Below are positions 60,818 through 64,000 of a stretch of 64,000 bases of DNA, piece by piece. Position numbers and translations under genes: made by a program. The stretch's first letter is position 1. Every line of letters starts with the position of its first letter. The DNA is taken from positions 53,680 through 117,679 of the forward strand of contig JAURFD010000006.1 in assembly GCA_030827125.1 (NCBI GenBank), read 5' to 3'. The notes below the pieces were generated by a model. It made no database searches, was not told the DNA's origin, and saw only the letters and a program-made list of their open reading frames with translations. Source of the DNA: Candidatus Nanopelagicales bacterium. GTDB lineage: Bacteria; Actinomycetota; Actinomycetes; S36-B12.

Positions 60818-61699
60818 ATGGAAGCCCTCATCGTGGCGATCGTGATTGCTGCCATCGTGGTGGTCCTGATTTCGTCGACCGTCAAGGTCGTGCCGCAGGC
60901 ACAAGCACGCATCGTGGAGCGACTCGGTCGCTACCAGCGCACGTTGAACGCTGGACTCGCTTTCGTGATCCCGGTCATCGACAAGACGCGGGCGCGTGTC
61001 GATCTACGCGAGCAGGTCGTGTCCTTCCCTCCGCAGCCGGTTATCACCGAGGACAACCTCGTCGTCAGCATCGATTCGGTCATCTATTTCCAGGTCACCG
61101 ACCCGCGGTCGGCGACGTACGAGATCGCAAGTTATCTCATGGGCATCGAGCAACTCACGGTGACGACGTTGCGCAACGTCATCGGCTCCATGGACCTCGA
61201 AGAGACACTGACCTCGCGCGACAGCATCAACGCACAGTTGCGTGGTGTCCTTGATGAGGCAACCGGGCGCTGGGGAATCCGCGTCAATCGAGTGGAGATC
61301 AAGGCCATTGATCCGCCGAACAGCGTGCAGGAGTCGATGGAGAAGCAAATGCGCGCGGAGCGGGATAAGCGTGCGGCGATCCTGACCGCTGAAGGCCAAA
61401 AGCAGTCCGCCATCCTCACCGCCGAGGGTGAGCAGCGGGCGGCCGTGCTGCGCGCCGAGGGCGATGCGCGCGCTGCGGTCCTGCGGGCCGAGGGTGAGTC
61501 CGAGGCGATCACCAAGGTGGTCCATGCGATCCACGAGGCCAAGCCTGATAGTCATGTGCTCGCCTACCAGTACCTGCAGACGCTCCCGGAGATTGCCCAG
61601 GGCTCGGCCAACAAGGTGTGGGTGCTCCCCAGCGAGCTCACCGGGCAGATCGCGCACCTCGCCGACGCGCTGAAGCCCCCGACCGACCCGGGTCGCTAG
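60818..61699 (+). CDS. SPFH / stomatin-like protein
   Basis: VERLGRY, VDLREQV, ITEDN, WGIRVNRVE, KQMRAER; AGGAGG SD. Confidence 0.93.
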   Translation: MEALIVAIVIAAIVVVLISSTVKVVPQAQARIVERLGRYQRTLNAGLAFVIPVIDKTRARVDLREQVVSFPPQPVITEDNLVVSIDSVIYFQVTDPRSATYEIASYLMGIEQLTVTTLRNVIGSMDLEETLTSRDSINAQLRGVLDEATGRWGIRVNRVEIKAIDPPNSVQESMEKQMRAERDKRAAILTAEGQKQSAILTAEGEQRAAVLRAEGDARAAVLRAEGESEAITKVVHAIHEAKPDSHVLAYQYLQTLPEIAQGSANKVWVLPSELTGQIAHLADALKPPTDPGR

Positions 61700-61701
61700 T
61701 G

Positions 61702-61758
61702 CGTCGTCTCACTCCGTACCGTTTCGACGGCGCGAATCGGGATGTCGTGAGACGACGC
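61702..61758. repeat. REP-like palindrome (57 bp) between the SPFH gene and the tRNA-Leu 3' end
   Basis: GCGTCGTCTCAC...GTGAGACGACGC perfect 12-bp outer arms. Confidence 0.7.
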
Positions 61759-61770
61759 CAGTCACTCTTG

Positions 61771-61852
61771 TGCGGGTGGAGGGACTTGAACCCTCACGTC
61801 CTAGGACACAGGAACCTAAATCCTGCGCGTCTGCCAATTCCGCCACACCCGC
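61771..61852 (-). tRNA. tRNA-Leu(TAG)
   Basis: GCGGGTGTGGCGGAATTGGCAGACGCGCAGGATTTAGGTTCCTG...GGTTCAAGTCCCTCCACCCGCA; long variable arm; CCA not encoded. Confidence 0.96.
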
Positions 61853-61875
61853 GTGGGGCCCCAGACTAGTAACCC

Positions 61876-62343
61876 TCAGCCGAGGCCGAGATCGCGGCGC
61901 AGCTTCGCGACATGGCCGGTCGCCTTCACGTTGTAGAACGCATGCTCGATACGTCCTCGCGGGTCGATGACGAACGTCGACCGGATGACGCCGACCACCG
62001 TTTTGCCATAGAGCTTCTTCTCCCCATAGGCGCCGTACTTCTCGAGGACCTTGTGGTCCGGGTCGGCGAGGAGGGGGAAGGTGAGTCCATCGCGCTCCCG
62101 GAACTCGGCCAACTTCTCCACCGGGTCCGGCGAGATCCCGAGGACGACGTAGCCCGAGCCATGCATGACCGACAGCGAATCGCGGAAGTCGCACGCCTGC
62201 GTCGTGCATCCGGGCGTCATGGCGGCGGGATAGGCGTAGAGGATCACCGACTGTCCGGTGAAGTCGCTCAGCCTGACCTTGTCACCGTGGTCATCGAGAA
62301 GGGTGAAGGCTGGAGCCCGATCACCGGGTTCAAGTCGTGTCAT
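61876..62343 (-). CDS. bcp: Thioredoxin-dependent peroxiredoxin Bcp
   Basis: YPAAMTPGCTTQACDFRD, GISPD, RSTFVID. Confidence 0.95.
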   Translation of the reverse strand: MTRLEPGDRAPAFTLLDDHGDKVRLSDFTGQSVILYAYPAAMTPGCTTQACDFRDSLSVMHGSGYVVLGISPDPVEKLAEFRERDGLTFPLLADPDHKVLEKYGAYGEKKLYGKTVVGVIRSTFVIDPRGRIEHAFYNVKATGHVAKLRRDLGLG

Positions 62344-63212
62344 GCCTTCACGGTAGCGCGGGCTGGGGCGTGGTCGTCGACGATGATCCGGTGACTGTGG
62401 CGACGCAGCGTCGTGATGCCCAGGACCACGAGGAACACAGCAGCACCCACGAGCACGATCATCGTTCCGGATGGGACCCCCGCGTAATAGCTGAGGTACA
62501 TCCCCACCAGCCCGCAGGCAGAACCGACCACGGTGGAGATGGCGAGCATGCGTCCGAAGGAATCGGTGAGCATGCGTGCGACCACGGCGGGAATCACCAG
62601 CATCGCGGCGACCAGGGTCACACCGATGACGGTCAGCGTCACGAGGATGGACAGGGACAGGACCACCATGAGTAGGCCTTCGATCCTCGCGACATGGACG
62701 CCGGAGGCACGTGCCACATCGGGATCGAAGGTCGTGAAGAGCAATTCGCGATAGCGGAAGAAGACGACGGCTCCGGCAAACACCATGACGGCGATGAGCC
62801 ACACGATCTGGGTATTCGTGATGCCGAGGATGCTGCCGAAGAGTGCGTTATCGAACGCCGGCCCGGAGGATCCAAATTTGCTGAAGAGGGCAACGCCGAG
62901 CGCAAAGGACGCCGTGGTGACCACGCCGATCGCCGCGTCCGCACCGAGCCGGCTGCGCCGAGCGACCGCGGTGATCGCGATGGCGGACGCGATCCCCCAG
63001 AGGCCGGCGCCTAGGACGTAGAGCTGCGCAGCGAACAGTTGCATGGCGGCGTACCCACCGAAGATCGCATGGGAGAGTCCGTGACCGATGTAGCTCATGC
63101 CCCGCAGCACGATGTAGACGCCGATGAAGCCGAGCAGGGCGCCGGACAACGTCGCGACGAGCAGGCCCTTCTGGAAGAAGGCGAAGGAGAGTGGTTCGAG
63201 GAGGACGTCCAT
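62340..63212 (-). CDS. Zn/Mn/Fe ABC transporter permease (ABC-3)
   Basis: VLRGMSYIGHGLSHA, LFGSIL, FDPDVARASG. Confidence 0.92.
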   Translation of the reverse strand: MDVLLEPLSFAFFQKGLLVATLSGALLGFIGVYIVLRGMSYIGHGLSHAIFGGYAAMQLFAAQLYVLGAGLWGIASAIAITAVARRSRLGADAAIGVVTTASFALGVALFSKFGSSGPAFDNALFGSILGITNTQIVWLIAVMVFAGAVVFFRYRELLFTTFDPDVARASGVHVARIEGLLMVVLSLSILVTLTVIGVTLVAAMLVIPAVVARMLTDSFGRMLAISTVVGSACGLVGMYLSYYAGVPSGTMIVLVGAAVFLVVLGITTLRRHSHRIIVDDHAPARATVKA

Positions 63213-63985
63213 CAGCCAGCGCTCCGCAGGGGATGAGCGCTGTCGACGACCACCGGCATGCCGAGGTGTTCGAGTACTTCTAGGCGGGCCCCGAAGGTCT
63301 CTTCGAGCACACTCGGGACGATGACCTCGCGAGGCGAACCCTCCGCGACCACGTGGCCGTTGACGCACACGAGGTGAGGCAGGTGAGCCGCCATGCCGTT
63401 GAGGTCATGGGTGGTCAGCACGATCCCCATCCCGTCCTGATGGAGATCGCCCAGCAGGTGCAGTACGTCGTGTCGCGTGTTGACGTCGACACCACTGGTG
63501 GGCTCATCGAGCAGGAGCAGGTGCGGTTCGCGCAGCAGGGCCCGAGCGAGGAACATCCGCTGCTGCTGCCCACCGGAGAGTTCTCGGATGTGGCGCTCGG
63601 CAAGATCCTTGATGCCAAGTCGATCGAGCACGGAGAGGGCGTCCCGTCGCTCGGCGCGTGAGGGCCACGGCCACACGCGATGCTCGGTGCGGGCCATGAG
63701 CACGCACTCCATAACGGTGACAGGGAAGTTCCAATCGACGGTTTCGAGTTGGGGCACGTAGGCGACGCGCAGATCCGGGCGTGTGATGCGTGACCCGGCA
63801 ACCGGGTCGAGCATGCCGAGCAGGAGTCGCAGCAGCGTGGTCTTGCCCGCCCCGGAGGGACCGACGACGCCGGTGAAATCCGTCTGGCGCACCGTGAGAT
63901 TGACGTCATGCAGGACGAGGACGTCCTGATAGCCCGCCGAGACGTCGTCCAGCGTGACGAGAGGCTCTGCGGCGGCGTTCGTCAT
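63212..63985 (-). CDS. Zn/Mn/Fe ABC transporter ATP-binding protein
   Basis: GPSGAGKTT, YVPQ, LSGGQQQR, LDEPTSGVD, THDL. Confidence 0.93.
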   Translation of the reverse strand: MTNAAAEPLVTLDDVSAGYQDVLVLHDVNLTVRQTDFTGVVGPSGAGKTTLLRLLLGMLDPVAGSRITRPDLRVAYVPQLETVDWNFPVTVMECVLMARTEHRVWPWPSRAERRDALSVLDRLGIKDLAERHIRELSGGQQQRMFLARALLREPHLLLLDEPTSGVDVNTRHDVLHLLGDLHQDGMGIVLTTHDLNGMAAHLPHLVCVNGHVVAEGSPREVIVPSVLEETFGARLEVLEHLGMPVVVDSAHPLRSAG

Positions 63986-64000
63986 CGTGGATCTCCTCGG

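Noticed and set aside
61700-61875. Prophage or ICE integration at tRNA-Leu
   Set aside because: No duplicated tRNA 3' end or integrase; the flanking genes are ordinary chromosomal genes.

Overview
High-GC actinobacterial chromosome segment, probably from an aquatic Actinomycetota lineage (inferred from the actinorhodopsin and the gene order prfB-ftsEX-smpB, clpS-DUF2017-mec-cysO-cysM-murI-rph-rdgB, tRNA-Leu-bcp). From left to right: a methionine-salvage cluster (mtnC divergent from mtnB, mtnD, an MTI-type phosphorylase, an MTA deaminase, a DUF985 cupin and an SDR; no mtnA in the window); a BMP-family nucleoside ABC importer with a structured 5' leader; a minimal Tad/Flp pilus locus; a deleted Tat phosphoesterase pseudogene; prfB; a T4-Imm-like gene; ftsEX-smpB coupled to a sphingosine-1-phosphate-lyase-like gene and an FGGY kinase; tmRNA followed by about 650 bp of non-coding DNA with regularly spaced GAGTAGA boxes and a degenerate duplication; an accessory stretch (PhzF, CHASE-PAS-GGDEF-EAL, Mo-enzyme, hydrolases, CopA); pckG, argF, whiB, trx, a GH18 protein, a DTE rhodopsin; and the conserved cysO-rph block. 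No integrase, transposase, cas gene or CRISPR array is visible. The most notable non-standard signals are a population of 40-65 bp REP-like palindromes (one in-frame inside a pilin leader, some donating stop codons), the att-like scars behind tmRNA, a candidate novel riboswitch, the lyase+kinase pair and two CsoR-type operators. All family assignments come from motif recognition, not database searches.
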